In this document: positions 16,464-26,748 of the stretch, one piece after another
Layout: each line of letters starts with the position of its first letter
How positions within the stretch are numbered: the stretch's first letter is position 1
Sequence record: OQ243221
Direction: 5' to 3' (one strand)
DNA: 46,604 nucleotides
Source: Escherichia phage vB_EcoS-UDF157lw
Program-made: the position numbers and the translations under genes
The notes under the pieces: generated by a model
Databases searched by the model: none
Seen by the model: the letters and a program-made list of their open reading frames with translations, nothing else
Told to the model about the DNA's origin: nothing

Positions 16464-19400
16464 ATGGCAGAATTTGCAGGTATCACACTTGGCGTTGACG
16501 TTCGCCAGGTTGACCAGGGCACAAAGTCCCTGCAAGAATTTAAACGTGCCAATGAACAGGCGGCAGCTGGAGTTAGCGAGTTCGTTAATGCTGAGCTGGT
16601 TGCGAAGAATCAGGCTCGCGACACTGCAAGGTATCTTTCTGAGCAGAGAAGTGCTTTTCAGTCGCTTCAGTCTGCAATTGATCCAACAGCTTCAAAATTG
16701 CGAAAACTTCAAGATGCAGCAAGTTCTCTTGATAAGGCCTTCTCCGCAGGGGTTGTTCCAGAGGCTGAGTTTTACAGGCTTGGTGAAGCATTAGAAACGC
16801 AAACAAATAGGTTAATAAGGTCTAGGTCAGCATTAACTGAGGAGGGTAGGGCGGCTATAGAAGCTGCAAAAAATAAAGAGTCCGCTGAGAGGCAAGCGCA
16901 ATCATTTATTAGGTCGCTTCAAGCGCAGGCTGATGCAGCGACATTAAGTAGGGATGAGTTCTTAAAGTTAAGGGCGGCACGGCTTGGAGTTAGCGATCAG
17001 GCAGCACCAATAATAGATAGAATAACACAGGCATCAAGTAACAATACTAACGCTATAGCAAATCAAAGTAGGGCGTTTCAGGCGGCTGGGATATCGGCAG
17101 GTCAGTACAATCAGGCCTTAAGGTTCCTTCCTGTACAGATCAATGATATCACTAGCTCGATTGCTAACGGTATGCCTTTATTTATGGTGCTTACCCAGCA
17201 AATACCGCAGATTACAGATTCATTTGGTGGATTTTCAAATACATTATCAGCTGCGCAAGGTGCAGTTATAGATTATGTATCATCAATAGGAGAGCTGAGA
17301 AGTTCATTTGCTGATGTTAGGACTCTTGGTGATGAGGCTATCTTAAGGTTTGGTCGTGCTGCAACTATATTTGGTGGCGCGATAATTGCTTCATTAGCTG
17401 TTCTTGGTAAAGCCGCTTACGACTCATTTATTGAGGTTAGGCAACTTAATAACGCAATAATTGAAACTGGAAGGTCGTCGACTTTATCAGTTGCCGCTAT
17501 CAAGGATTACGCTGATCAGCTAAATGAAACATCAAGGGCAACAAAAGGTTCTATTGGTGACATTTACCAGTCGCTAGTATCAAACGGAAGGCTTACTGTT
17601 AGTCAGATTAACTTAATCGCTAAGTCTGTTGCTAACCTTTCAGCTGTTAGTTCAAGGTCTGCGGAATCAATAATATCTGACTTTGATAAGATAGCAAAAG
17701 ATCCAGTTAAGGGGCTGATAGAGTTAGATAAGCAATTTAACTTTCTTAGCGAAGGGCAGTTGACCCTAGTTAACAACCTAAAAGAAACGGAAGGGCAAAC
17801 AGCAGCAGTAACAGCAGCTTTAGAAATATTTGCAGCTAGAAATGAGTCAGTTACAAAGCAGATTGAAGGCTCGCTTACACCTCTTGAATTGGCTTGGGGC
17901 GATTTCCGTAAGTTCGTTTCAGACACATGGGATGCTATAGGTGACAGGACTATAGGAGCTCTAAACCTATTTACTGACGTTATAGCTGCGACTATTGAGC
18001 AAATAAGACTGATAATTGGCACTGGCGACAAGCTAATAAATGATTTCGTAATACGCGGAATAGAGGCTTTACAAAAGATACCAGGAGCATCTGGCGTTGG
18101 TAATGGAATAGCCGAACAACTAAGGAAGGATAATGACGCAATAGAAAAGGAAAACATAAGGCTAGCTAAATCTATCGCTGATAGGGATGCAAGGGTTCGC
18201 AGGGGCGAGACTGGTTACTTGAGTGTTGGAGAGGGTTCAGAAAGTCAAACTGGAACTTCTGATAGAGATTCAGAATCAAGAAGAAAGGCTTTGGCCGATG
18301 AGATTAAAGCAATTGAGGAGAGAAGTAAAAAGACAAAATCTGGAGCAAAAGAAGAGAGGGATTTGACTATAAGTTATGAGTCTGGCGTTCTAGCTCTTCA
18401 GGCTCAGCTTAAGGTTCTTCAGGAGCACCGCCAGATTAGTGATGTTATCAGTAACGAACGCAAGCAGCTTTTTGCGGAGGAAGCTAAGTTTGCAATCCTT
18501 AATGAAAGGCTTGCAGACGGAACCATCACAAAGCAACAGCGATCATTACTGTTGCAGCAGGATAAAATCTTAGGACTTGCTCGCGAGAAGGCTGAGATTG
18601 GCGACCAGATTGTGCTGCAAGAAAGGGCCAATAAACTTCTTGATGACAACATCAAGAAGAATCGGCAGATTAACGCTGAAGCGGCATCAATTAGTGTTGG
18701 AGCAGGATTATCTCAGCGCGAAGCGGAAAGGCGGCGTGAGTTGGCGGCGCTAGAAGCCCAGCAAATTTCTAAAGGTGGCTCCGTAGATGACACTGACTTC
18801 CAGGCTTTACTTCAGGCTCGTCAGAATTTCTACAATCAGGAAGATGCATTACGTGGTAACTGGCTGGCTGGCGTTAAATCTGCGTTTGCTGAGACGGCTG
18901 ATGAATTGGCAAACTTTAATCAGATTGGTTCCGAGCTAGCCATGAGTGCCTTTAACGGATTGACTGACCAGATAACAAACCTGGTAACTACTGGAGAAGC
19001 TAGCTTCCGTGAGTTTACCGCATCGATTCTGAAGCAGATTGCACGCATTGCAACGCAGCTACTTTTAATTAAGGCGATTGAATCAACCATCTCCAGTTTT
19101 GGCGGTAGTGGTGGTGCAATTGGCTCTATTGGTAGCGCATTTGGTTTCGCTTCTGGCGGTTATACTGGAAACGGTGGTAAGTACGAGCCAGCTGGCACGG
19201 TGCATAAAGGTGAATTCGTCTTTACGAAGGAGGCAACCTCAAGGATTGGCGTTGATAACCTTTATAAGTTAATGCGCGGATACGCAAATGGTGGAGTGGT
19301 TGGTGCTGGTCCTGGCTATGCGACTGGCGGGCTTGTTGGTGGAAGTAACGTTAATGTTGGTGGAGTGAATGTTACCGTTCAGACAGGTCTTGGCGGTGGT

Positions 19401-19517
19401 GGCGGTAATGACGCTAAACAGTTAGAATCTGGTATCAGGGTTATCATCGCGGAAGAGATTACTCAGTCCTTCCAGCAGGGCGGAACGGCTTACCAGTTCT
19501 TGCGAGGTTATAGTTAA
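16464..19517 (+). CDS. Tail tape measure protein (1017 aa from ATG 16464)
   Basis: Length, alpha-helical Ala/Gln/Glu-rich composition, Gly-rich C-terminal region; position after chaperones. The track start 16437 is TTG; ATG 16464 follows GGAGG. Confidence 0.85.
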   Translation: MAEFAGITLGVDVRQVDQGTKSLQEFKRANEQAAAGVSEFVNAELVAKNQARDTARYLSEQRSAFQSLQSAIDPTASKLRKLQDAASSLDKAFSAGVVPEAEFYRLGEALETQTNRLIRSRSALTEEGRAAIEAAKNKESAERQAQSFIRSLQAQADAATLSRDEFLKLRAARLGVSDQAAPIIDRITQASSNNTNAIANQSRAFQAAGISAGQYNQALRFLPVQINDITSSIANGMPLFMVLTQQIPQITDSFGGFSNTLSAAQGAVIDYVSSIGELRSSFADVRTLGDEAILRFGRAATIFGGAIIASLAVLGKAAYDSFIEVRQLNNAIIETGRSSTLSVAAIKDYADQLNETSRATKGSIGDIYQSLVSNGRLTVSQINLIAKSVANLSAVSSRSAESIISDFDKIAKDPVKGLIELDKQFNFLSEGQLTLVNNLKETEGQTAAVTAALEIFAARNESVTKQIEGSLTPLELAWGDFRKFVSDTWDAIGDRTIGALNLFTDVIAATIEQIRLIIGTGDKLINDFVIRGIEALQKIPGASGVGNGIAEQLRKDNDAIEKENIRLAKSIADRDARVRRGETGYLSVGEGSESQTGTSDRDSESRRKALADEIKAIEERSKKTKSGAKEERDLTISYESGVLALQAQLKVLQEHRQISDVISNERKQLFAEEAKFAILNERLADGTITKQQRSLLLQQDKILGLAREKAEIGDQIVLQERANKLLDDNIKKNRQINAEAASISVGAGLSQREAERRRELAALEAQQISKGGSVDDTDFQALLQARQNFYNQEDALRGNWLAGVKSAFAETADELANFNQIGSELAMSAFNGLTDQITNLVTTGEASFREFTASILKQIARIATQLLLIKAIESTISSFGGSGGAIGSIGSAFGFASGGYTGNGGKYEPAGTVHKGEFVFTKEATSRIGVDNLYKLMRGYANGGVVGAGPGYATGGLVGGSNVNVGGVNVTVQTGLGGGGGNDAKQLESGIRVIIAEEITQSFQQGGTAYQFLRGYS

Positions 19518-19548
19518 TAAATGGGGCTTCGGCCCCTAAGGATTTTAA

Positions 19549-19899
19549 ATGGCATTAGATACTTTTACATGGTGTACCCAAATTCAAGGTGGATCAGCAA
19601 ACTTTACTAACGCGAATAACGTTAGGGTTGTCAGCTTTGGTAATGGCTACGAGCAAAGAGGTACTGGAGGATACAGGGCCAACAAGCGAACGTACAACAT
19701 GACATACACCAACAATGACTGGAGAGATGTTCTTGAATTCTGCTTCGCGCACATCATTACACCTTTCGCATGGACCACACCGCAGGGTGAGCTTAAGCTG
19801 TTTGTTGTAGCTCAAGATAGCATTAGCGTCACGCCAAATACCAAGGAAGTTCAGACCGTATCAATGCAATTTACTGAGGTTTTCACATCTATGCAGTAA
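19549..19899 (+). CDS. Minor tail protein (lambda M-like, 116 aa)
   Basis: First gene after tape measure in a lambda-like M-L-K-I-J order. Confidence 0.55.
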   Translation: MALDTFTWCTQIQGGSANFTNANNVRVVSFGNGYEQRGTGGYRANKRTYNMTYTNNDWRDVLEFCFAHIITPFAWTTPQGELKLFVVAQDSISVTPNTKEVQTVSMQFTEVFTSMQ

Positions 19900-19900
19900 A

Positions 19901-19943
19901 TAGCACTAATTGCTAAACAGAAATACCAAGGAAGGTTTACAAT
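19901..19943 (+). promoter_or_regulatory. Composite promoter-like element: TAGCACtaaTTGCTAAA, 22 nt, TACAAT
   Basis: Motif begins at the stop codon of the M-like gene; precedes the inserted 71-aa ORF. Confidence 0.5.
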
Positions 19944-19971
19944 TAAAAAACTTAAACAAGAGGTGATTGAT

Positions 19972-20187
19972 ATGAAAATTAATTTGCTTTGCACAAATGC
20001 TGAAGTTGGTGTCTTTGATTTAAATGTTGGTCAAACTTATGTGGCATACTTCAATGATGATTATGGTCATTATGAACTTTCTGATGAAGGTTTTTCTTAT
20101 GAGTTAAGCGAGGTTAGAGGTGCTCCTTTGACTTTCTACTGTAAATCTTTTAGTGGTGGATTGGTGACATTCATTAAAGTAAACTAA
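19972..20187 (+). CDS. Hypothetical protein (71 aa) in a moron-like insertion
   Basis: Own promoter element upstream and own terminator downstream, inserted between M-like and L-like tail genes; RBS agaggtg. Confidence 0.5.
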   Translation: MKINLLCTNAEVGVFDLNVGQTYVAYFNDDYGHYELSDEGFSYELSEVRGAPLTFYCKSFSGGLVTFIKVN

Positions 20188-20207
20188 GACCCTACGGGGT
20201 CTTTTTA
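20188..20207 (+). terminator. Rho-independent terminator
   Basis: GACCC-tac-GGGGTC hairpin followed by TTTTTATT. Confidence 0.65.
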
Positions 20208-20220
20208 TTGGAGAAATATT

Positions 20221-20985
20221 ATGGCTACGCCATTGAGCACTAAGTTTGAGAATCAATTACAAAGCTTGTTCCCTGGTGAGGTTGTCACGTTGATTGAGGT
20301 TGACGGAGGAAAGTTTGGTGCACCAGTTTACCGATTTCATGGGGAGAATATCAGCTATACCCCAGAAGAAATCATGATGGCACAATCAACAGGCCAGCCA
20401 CTACCAGCAAAGACAATTACCTTCCGTGGGCAAGAGTACGGAGCAAGGCCTTTCGGTATTCAGGGGATCAATATGACCTCTGATGGCAAGGCAAATAAGG
20501 TGACTCTAGTCGTATCCAACGTAGACCAGAATATATCTGCGCTTATCCGCACTTACAATGGACTTGTTCAGGCCAAAGTTACTATCTGGATCACCCTCCG
20601 CGAGAATATTAACGAAGATGGCACCATTGCTGATGGGGATTACCGCAAGCTGGTTTACTTCATTGAGCGACCTAAGCAGGTTGATTACAATACAGCCTCA
20701 TTTGAAATAACTAGCCCAATGGATATGGATGGTATTTACATTCCAGCGCGACTTGTTCAGTCTGTTTGTTATTGGGCACAGCGAGGGCTTTACCGATCAG
20801 GCAATGGATGTAACTACATGGGTACTCGATATTTCGATAAGGACAACGCGCCTGTGACTGACCCATCGCAAGACTTCTGTGCCGGAACGGTTCGTGCGTG
20901 CAAGCTAAGGTTCGGAGAAAATAATCAGTTAGACTTTGGTGGTTGCGCTGCTGCAAGCCTGCAAGCTAAAGCCAACCAAAACTAA
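20221..20985 (+). CDS. Minor tail protein (lambda L-like, 254 aa)
   Basis: Position plus C-terminal conserved cysteines (CYWAQ...GNGCNYMG...CAGTVRACK...GGCAA), consistent with the Fe-S-binding region of L-like proteins. Confidence 0.65.
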   Translation: MATPLSTKFENQLQSLFPGEVVTLIEVDGGKFGAPVYRFHGENISYTPEEIMMAQSTGQPLPAKTITFRGQEYGARPFGIQGINMTSDGKANKVTLVVSNVDQNISALIRTYNGLVQAKVTIWITLRENINEDGTIADGDYRKLVYFIERPKQVDYNTASFEITSPMDMDGIYIPARLVQSVCYWAQRGLYRSGNGCNYMGTRYFDKDNAPVTDPSQDFCAGTVRACKLRFGENNQLDFGGCAAASLQAKANQN

Positions 20986-20994
20986 GGAGAGGTA

Positions 20995-21741
20995 ATGTTA
21001 ACGCCTAAAGTTAAGATCGAAATATTTCGCCACGCCAACGAGGTTTACCCGCAAGAATCTTGCGGGGTTGTAACTCAGAAGGGGATGGCGCAGAAGTATC
21101 ACAGGATTACCAACGTATCCAAAACACCAGAGCAATCATTCATTCTCGACCCAATGGAATTCATGGAGATTTCGGACAATGAAAGCGTTGTTTATGTTGT
21201 ACATTCACATACTGGTGATGGCGCTACTACTAGGCCAAGCGCAGCTGATATTTGCAGCTGCAATGAGTGCGAGCTGCCTTATGTTATTGTTTCTATACCT
21301 GAAGGGGACTTGCGGATTATTCAGCCAGAAAAGATGCCGCTTGCTGGTCGCCCATGGGGTCTTGGCAGCTTCGACTGCTGGGGTTTGGTTATGGAATTTC
21401 ACAAGCTACACGGTGTTAAGCTTAACGATTATCGCGTAGATTATCAGTGGTGGACCAATGAATACCCTGACAATATCTACGATGATAATTGGGAGTTAGA
21501 AGGGTTCGAATTAGTCAGAAGCAATGATATTCCAATTGGCTCAATGGTTATGATGCAGATTCAGAGCGAGAAGACCAACCACGCCGCCATATACATTGGT
21601 GAAAATAAAATCCTACACCATTTATATGGTAAGATGAGTAAGGTTGATTTGTACGGCGATTACTATCGTGAGCGGACTGTACGAATCGTAAGGCATAAAG
21701 ATTTACCGGAGGATGCTGGTTATGACCCAGAACGTGATTGA
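20995..21741 (+). CDS. Tail assembly protein (lambda K-like; MPN/JAMM plus NlpC/P60 domains, 248 aa)
   Basis: JAMM-like motif VVHSHTGDGATTRPSAAD and Cys/His hydrolase signature (GSFDCWGLV ... H); lambda-like position. Confidence 0.8.
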   Translation: MLTPKVKIEIFRHANEVYPQESCGVVTQKGMAQKYHRITNVSKTPEQSFILDPMEFMEISDNESVVYVVHSHTGDGATTRPSAADICSCNECELPYVIVSIPEGDLRIIQPEKMPLAGRPWGLGSFDCWGLVMEFHKLHGVKLNDYRVDYQWWTNEYPDNIYDDNWELEGFELVRSNDIPIGSMVMMQIQSEKTNHAAIYIGENKILHHLYGKMSKVDLYGDYYRERTVRIVRHKDLPEDAGYDPERD

Positions 21742-22288
21742 TGTTAAGCTGGGATTAGGCTTAGGCAGGAAGTTTGGAAAGCTACATAAACTGTGCGTTA
21801 AGACAGTTCCAGAGGCAATGCGAGCTCTCTCTGTAAACATCCCTGAATTTAAGGAATTCATGCGTAGCCATGTGGGCCAGAACACAAGGTTTGCTGTATT
21901 CGTTGACGGTAAGAATGTTAACGAGCACAAGATTAATGACCTTAAGACTGTACGTGAAATTAGGATTATGCCAATCCCGCAAGGTCGAAAATCTGGCGGC
22001 TTATTCCAGACCATCCTTGGAGGTGTACTTTTGGTGGCATCATACTTCTTTCCTGTTCTTTTGCCAGTGGCTGTAGGCCTTCTTGCTGGTGGTGTAGCTC
22101 AGTTATTGGCACCACAAGCGACAGGATTGAATGACCAGGCATCACAAACAAGCAACCGAGCATCATACGCATTCGGCTCAGCAGTAAACACCATTGCTGC
22201 TGGCAACCCCGTTTGCTTACCTTATGGATATCGAACTGTTGGTGGTGCTGTGTTTAGTGCAGGCTCGTATGCAGAAGACATTAGTTAA
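21722..22288 (+). CDS. Tail assembly protein (lambda I-like, 188 aa)
   Basis: Position between K-like and J-like; hydrophobic Gly/Ala/Leu-rich C-terminal segment; start moved to ATG 21722 after GGAGG. Confidence 0.6.
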   Translation: MTQNVIDVKLGLGLGRKFGKLHKLCVKTVPEAMRALSVNIPEFKEFMRSHVGQNTRFAVFVDGKNVNEHKINDLKTVREIRIMPIPQGRKSGGLFQTILGGVLLVASYFFPVLLPVAVGLLAGGVAQLLAPQATGLNDQASQTSNRASYAFGSAVNTIAAGNPVCLPYGYRTVGGAVFSAGSYAEDIS

Positions 22289-22295
22289 AATCACA

Positions 22296-22318
22296 ACCCG
22301 CCTAGTGCGGGTTTTTTA
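22296..22318 (+). terminator. Hairpin plus T-run upstream of J-like gene
   Basis: ACCCGC-ctagt-GCGGGT followed by TTTTTTATT. Confidence 0.6.
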
Positions 22319-22368
22319 TTTAGTGTAGAATGGCACAAATGGTTAAACAAACAACGAGGTTATATGAT

Positions 22369-25300
22369 ATGGCCGATTTGCCAAAGATTTATGGAAGCAA
22401 GGGTGGTAGCAAGAAGCCGCACACGCCTGTAGAGCAAGAAGATAACCTGATTTCACTAAACAAGATTAAGGTGCTACTGGCTGTAGCTGATGGAGAGGTT
22501 GATTCTAGTTTCTCGCTCAAGGATGTTTACCTTGCTGACGTTCCGGTGCAAAACCAGGATAACTCATTCAACTATGAAGGTGTGACAGCTGAGTTTCGCG
22601 CCGGCACTCAATCCCAAGATTACATCGCAGGACTAGATGGCGCGGCATCAGAGATTCAGGTTAGTCGTGAAATTAACAACGACACACCTTACATCATCGC
22701 AGTTAACAACAGTCAGCTATCAGCAATCCGCGTTAAACTGTTCTGGCCTCGGCTCGTTAAGCAAGAAGAGAATGGAGATTTAAATGGAACAACATGTGAA
22801 TATGCAATCGATTTATCAGTTAATGGCGCAGCGTACACGGAATATACCAGAGGCGTGGCTAACGGTAAAACTACAACAGGTTACGACCGCAGCATCAGGG
22901 TTAACCTACCAGCCGAGTTTAGCAGCGCTCTTGTTCGTATTAGGAAGTTAACGCCAGACTCAACAAGTAGCACTCTGGTTAACGGAATGCAGATTACAAC
23001 CTATCAGGAAGTAATCGACGCTAAGTTCCGCTACCCTCTTACGGCACTTGTTTATGTGGAGTTCAGTTCTGACCTGTTCCCTAATGGCATCCCAACGATA
23101 GCCATTAAGAAAAAGTGGAAGCTTATCCGTGTGCCGACAAACTACAATCCAGAGACAAGAACTTATAGCGGAGCATGGGATGGAACCTTTAAAATGGCAT
23201 GGTCTGACAACCCGGCCTGGGTTTTATATGACCTGGTGGTTAGCCAGCGTTACGGTTTAGATCAGCGAGAACTTGGTGTTGAGATTGATAAATGGGGTCT
23301 GTATGAAGCAGCGCAATTCTGCGACCAGATGGTTCCTGATGGTAAGGGTGGAATGGAGCCGCGATATACTTGTAACGTTGTCATTCAGCAGAAAGTGGAA
23401 GCGTATCAGCTTATTCGTGACATCTGTTCTATCTTCCGCGGTTTAACCTTCTATGATGGTGAGCAAATCGGGATTGTTGTAGACAGGCCGCGCCAGCCAA
23501 GCTATGTGTTCACTAATGATAACGTTGTTGATGGATTGTTTAACAGGACATTCTCTAGCGACAAGAGCCTTTACACGACAGCCAACGTTCAGTTTGATGA
23601 CGAGCAGAACAACTACCAGCAGGACGTCGAGCCAGTATTCGACTTAGAAGCAACACGCCGATTTGGTTACAACCCTGTAGACTTGACTGCAATTGGCTGC
23701 GTAAGGCGAAGCGAGGCTAACCGCCGTGGTCGCTGGTTGCTGAAAACAAACCTTCGCAGTGAAACGGTAACGTTCACAACTGGCCTCGAAGGCATGATTC
23801 CTATGATTGGTGATGTAATTGCTGTTAATGACCAGGCATGGTCAAGCAACTACACATTAAACCTTTCTGGTCGAATTGTTGAAGCTACAGGTTTGCAGGT
23901 CTTCGTACCATTCGCTATTGATGCTGACCCTGGTGACAGGATTTTAATCAACAAGCCAGATGGGAGCCCAGAGTACAGGACTATCGCTTCAGTATCTGCC
24001 GATAAGTTGACGCTTGAACTGAATACAGCATTCAGCTTCACACCTCAGCCGGATACGGTATTTGCAATCGACAAGCAGAATCTGGCGTTGCAGCAATACG
24101 TTGTGACAGGAATTCAAAAAGCAAACACGGACGGCGAGGATTCATTCCAGTACAGCATCACTGCGGTGCAGTATGACCCGAACAAGTATGACGAGATTGA
24201 CTATGGTGTGAATATTGACGACAGGCCAACAAGTATCGTTGACCCTGACAGGATTTTACCACCTGAAAATATCACCGTTACTAGTTACAGCAAGGTAGTT
24301 CAGGGTTTAAGCGTTGAGACGATGGTTATTGGTTACGACAAGGTGCAGTATGCGAAAACATACAACGTACAATGGCGTAAGAACAATGGTAACTGGATTA
24401 ACGTACCAGAGACGGCTAACACCGAGGTTGATATTGAAGGAATTTACGCTGGCATCTACGACGTAAGGGTTCGTGCCGTAACTGACCAGAAATCAGTATC
24501 TGCCTGGTCTGATATAACGACAGTTAGCCTGACCGGCAAGATTGGGGAACCTTCGGCGCCGCCTGTAATTACCGCATCTGATGATGAGGTTTTCGGGATT
24601 AGGGTTAAGTGGGGTTTTCCTACTGATTCAGCTGACACTGCGTACACTGAGCTTCATCAGGTTCCTGATAATGGTGACGGTACATACAATCCAGAGAGCG
24701 CATCGCTGCTTACACTGGTTCCGTATCCTCAGTACGAATACTGGCACACCACTTTACCAGCAGGTAACGTGAGGTGGTACAGAGCGAGGATTATTGACAG
24801 GATAGGTAACGTATCGCCATGGACTGATTTTGTAAGGGGCATGGCATCTGACGACGTAAGTGCAATAATTGGTGATATCAAGGTTGATATCGAAAACTCT
24901 GATGGTTACAAGTACCTACTTCAGAACGCCATTGATGCAAACACGGATATCCAGAATCAGGCTGAGGCAATTATAGAGAACGCCCTGGCAAACGATACTG
25001 ACGTTCGCGTTATGAAGCGCGAGAATGGCGCAAGGAAGGCTGAATATCGTCAGGCTGTAAGTTTGATTGCTGATGAAACTCAGGCCCGTGTGGACGCTCT
25101 CACGCAGCTTAAAGCGCAGATTGATGATGAGATTGTTGGTCAGATTACGACAATTGAAACCGCGCTTGCTACGGAGACCGAAGCCAGGGCTACAGCTGAT
25201 ACTCAATTAAGCGCAAGGCTTGGTGATAACGAGGCGGCTTTGAATCAGAAGCTTGACTCTTATGCCACTGTCGAAGGGGTTGGTGTTCAGTACGGCGTCA

Positions 25301-25755
25301 AGCTAGGCCTTAAGTACAATGGGGTTGAGTATGGCGCTGGTATGAGCATGGAGTTAACAGGTAGCGGCGGTAATGTTCGCAGTCAGTTCATTTTCGATGC
25401 TAACAGGTTCGCAATCAGCAACGGCATTAGCTCTGGTTCAGGTCAGTGGTCGCTGCCTTTCGTTGTGGAGAATAACCAGGTGTTCATTCAGAGCGCGGTG
25501 ATTCAGGATGGTTCAATTACTAACGCGAAGATTGGTAACAGGATTCAATCAAACAACTATGTTGCTGGTAGTGCTGGTTGGGCAATTGATAAATCTGGTT
25601 TTGCTGAGTTAAGTAACGCTACCGTTCGCGGTAGTTTGTACGCTAACAATGGTAACTTCGCGTTTAACGGAACCAACAATACTGTCGTAATAAACAATAA
25701 CGGCATAACTGTTAATTTACCAAATGGAGGTAGGGTAGTGGTTGGAGTATGGTAA
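22369..25755 (+). CDS. Central tail fibre / host specificity protein (lambda J-like, about 1128 aa)
   Basis: Length and position; N-terminus ...KGGSKKPHTPVEQEDNL resembles J-type N-termini; start moved to ATG 22369 with GAGG RBS. Confidence 0.85.
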   Translation: MADLPKIYGSKGGSKKPHTPVEQEDNLISLNKIKVLLAVADGEVDSSFSLKDVYLADVPVQNQDNSFNYEGVTAEFRAGTQSQDYIAGLDGAASEIQVSREINNDTPYIIAVNNSQLSAIRVKLFWPRLVKQEENGDLNGTTCEYAIDLSVNGAAYTEYTRGVANGKTTTGYDRSIRVNLPAEFSSALVRIRKLTPDSTSSTLVNGMQITTYQEVIDAKFRYPLTALVYVEFSSDLFPNGIPTIAIKKKWKLIRVPTNYNPETRTYSGAWDGTFKMAWSDNPAWVLYDLVVSQRYGLDQRELGVEIDKWGLYEAAQFCDQMVPDGKGGMEPRYTCNVVIQQKVEAYQLIRDICSIFRGLTFYDGEQIGIVVDRPRQPSYVFTNDNVVDGLFNRTFSSDKSLYTTANVQFDDEQNNYQQDVEPVFDLEATRRFGYNPVDLTAIGCVRRSEANRRGRWLLKTNLRSETVTFTTGLEGMIPMIGDVIAVNDQAWSSNYTLNLSGRIVEATGLQVFVPFAIDADPGDRILINKPDGSPEYRTIASVSADKLTLELNTAFSFTPQPDTVFAIDKQNLALQQYVVTGIQKANTDGEDSFQYSITAVQYDPNKYDEIDYGVNIDDRPTSIVDPDRILPPENITVTSYSKVVQGLSVETMVIGYDKVQYAKTYNVQWRKNNGNWINVPETANTEVDIEGIYAGIYDVRVRAVTDQKSVSAWSDITTVSLTGKIGEPSAPPVITASDDEVFGIRVKWGFPTDSADTAYTELHQVPDNGDGTYNPESASLLTLVPYPQYEYWHTTLPAGNVRWYRARIIDRIGNVSPWTDFVRGMASDDVSAIIGDIKVDIENSDGYKYLLQNAIDANTDIQNQAEAIIENALANDTDVRVMKRENGARKAEYRQAVSLIADETQARVDALTQLKAQIDDEIVGQITTIETALATETEARATADTQLSARLGDNEAALNQKLDSYATVEGVGVQYGVKLGLKYNGVEYGAGMSMELTGSGGNVRSQFIFDANRFAISNGISSGSGQWSLPFVVENNQVFIQSAVIQDGSITNAKIGNRIQSNNYVAGSAGWAIDKSGFAELSNATVRGSLYANNGNFAFNGTNNTVVINNNGITVNLPNGGRVVVGVW

Positions 25756-25762
25756 ATGATTA

Positions 25763-25787
25763 AGCCCCTTTCGGGGCTTTTTCTTTT
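25763..25787. terminator. Bidirectional terminator between J and the convergent leftward pair
   Basis: AGCCCC-tttc-GGGGCT hairpin followed by TTTTTCTTTT on the plus strand. Confidence 0.65.
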
Positions 25788-26748
25788 AGTAGAAGTTGGG
25801 AATAAATGGAAGTGCCATTGATATGTTTGTATCAAATGGGAATTGCGCGCCAGTTTGAGTTGAATAGTTACCTATAACAGTTCCTGGGACGGCTCTAACT
25901 GAACCTCCAGACATGCAAACACCCTTGTATCGTAAGTTATTATATCCACCAGTGACTCTAGTTGTCGCTCCGCATCTAAGTATTGGGAAGAACCCACCAT
26001 TCACCGACTGGTAACCATTATTAATCTGCATAAATCCACTTAGAACAAATGGCCTCCTGATGCTAGAGAAAACTATCTGCCCAGCGCTGTTTGATATCGT
26101 TAAACCCGGACCAGCTACTGGAGGTGTATTATTGAAAATAACTAACTGAACGTAAGTACTTGCAGCAACATCATCAATCCCATTGTATGTTATATCCCTA
26201 CACCATATCGTACTACCATCACTTTCAAGGGATACGTTTGGGTTATCCCATTTACCAAAAGGAATGCCGCCAACTGGCAATGATGCAGAGCCATTAACCT
26301 GGATGCCACCAACCCAAGCAGCAGTCATTAATCTGGAATTGCTTGATATCGCTGTAAAGTCAGTCGAGTTCTCAACAAGGACACCGGGGCTTGATTGTGA
26401 TGATGCTGGTAAAATCTCAAAGCACTGACCGCCAAACTGCAATATGCGACCATTAGCGCCGTTAAAGTTACTTAATGTAATCCTTCCAACCCCATCATTA
26501 ACCTTCGAGAACCCATTCATGTAATAAACTTCTGGTATAACATCATATGCATCAACATAAACAGCCTGAGTTGGCAGGCAGAATGCTGTTGAGCCAGGAG
26601 TCATAGTCAGACCGAAATCCCATGATGATGCTGGTGAGCTTAACCCGCTAGTGTTTATTGAACCAGTCACGGCTGGAACTCTCAAGCCAGCTGTGATTTC
26701 CATTGCTGGCCTTCCGTCATTCAAATCTATCAAGATACCTTGAGGCAT
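25786..26748 (-). CDS. Hypothetical beta-rich protein (320 aa), co-transcribed with Cor-like lipoprotein
   Basis: ATG overlaps the upstream stop (TAATG) with AAGGAG RBS; Gly/Ser/Asn/Thr-rich, no signal peptide. Confidence 0.55.
   Translation of the reverse strand: MPQGILIDLNDGRPAMEITAGLRVPAVTGSINTSGLSSPASSWDFGLTMTPGSTAFCLPTQAVYVDAYDVIPEVYYMNGFSKVNDGVGRITLSNFNGANGRILQFGGQCFEILPASSQSSPGVLVENSTDFTAISSNSRLMTAAWVGGIQVNGSASLPVGGIPFGKWDNPNVSLESDGSTIWCRDITYNGIDDVAASTYVQLVIFNNTPPVAGPGLTISNSAGQIVFSSIRRPFVLSGFMQINNGYQSVNGGFFPILRCGATTRVTGGYNNLRYKGVCMSGGSVRAVPGTVIGNYSTQTGAQFPFDTNISMALPFIPNFY

Noticed and set aside
17603-18157. Minus-strand 184-aa ORF inside the tape measure gene
   Set aside because: Antisense to a 1000-aa gene with clear context; Ser/Ala-rich low-complexity translation.
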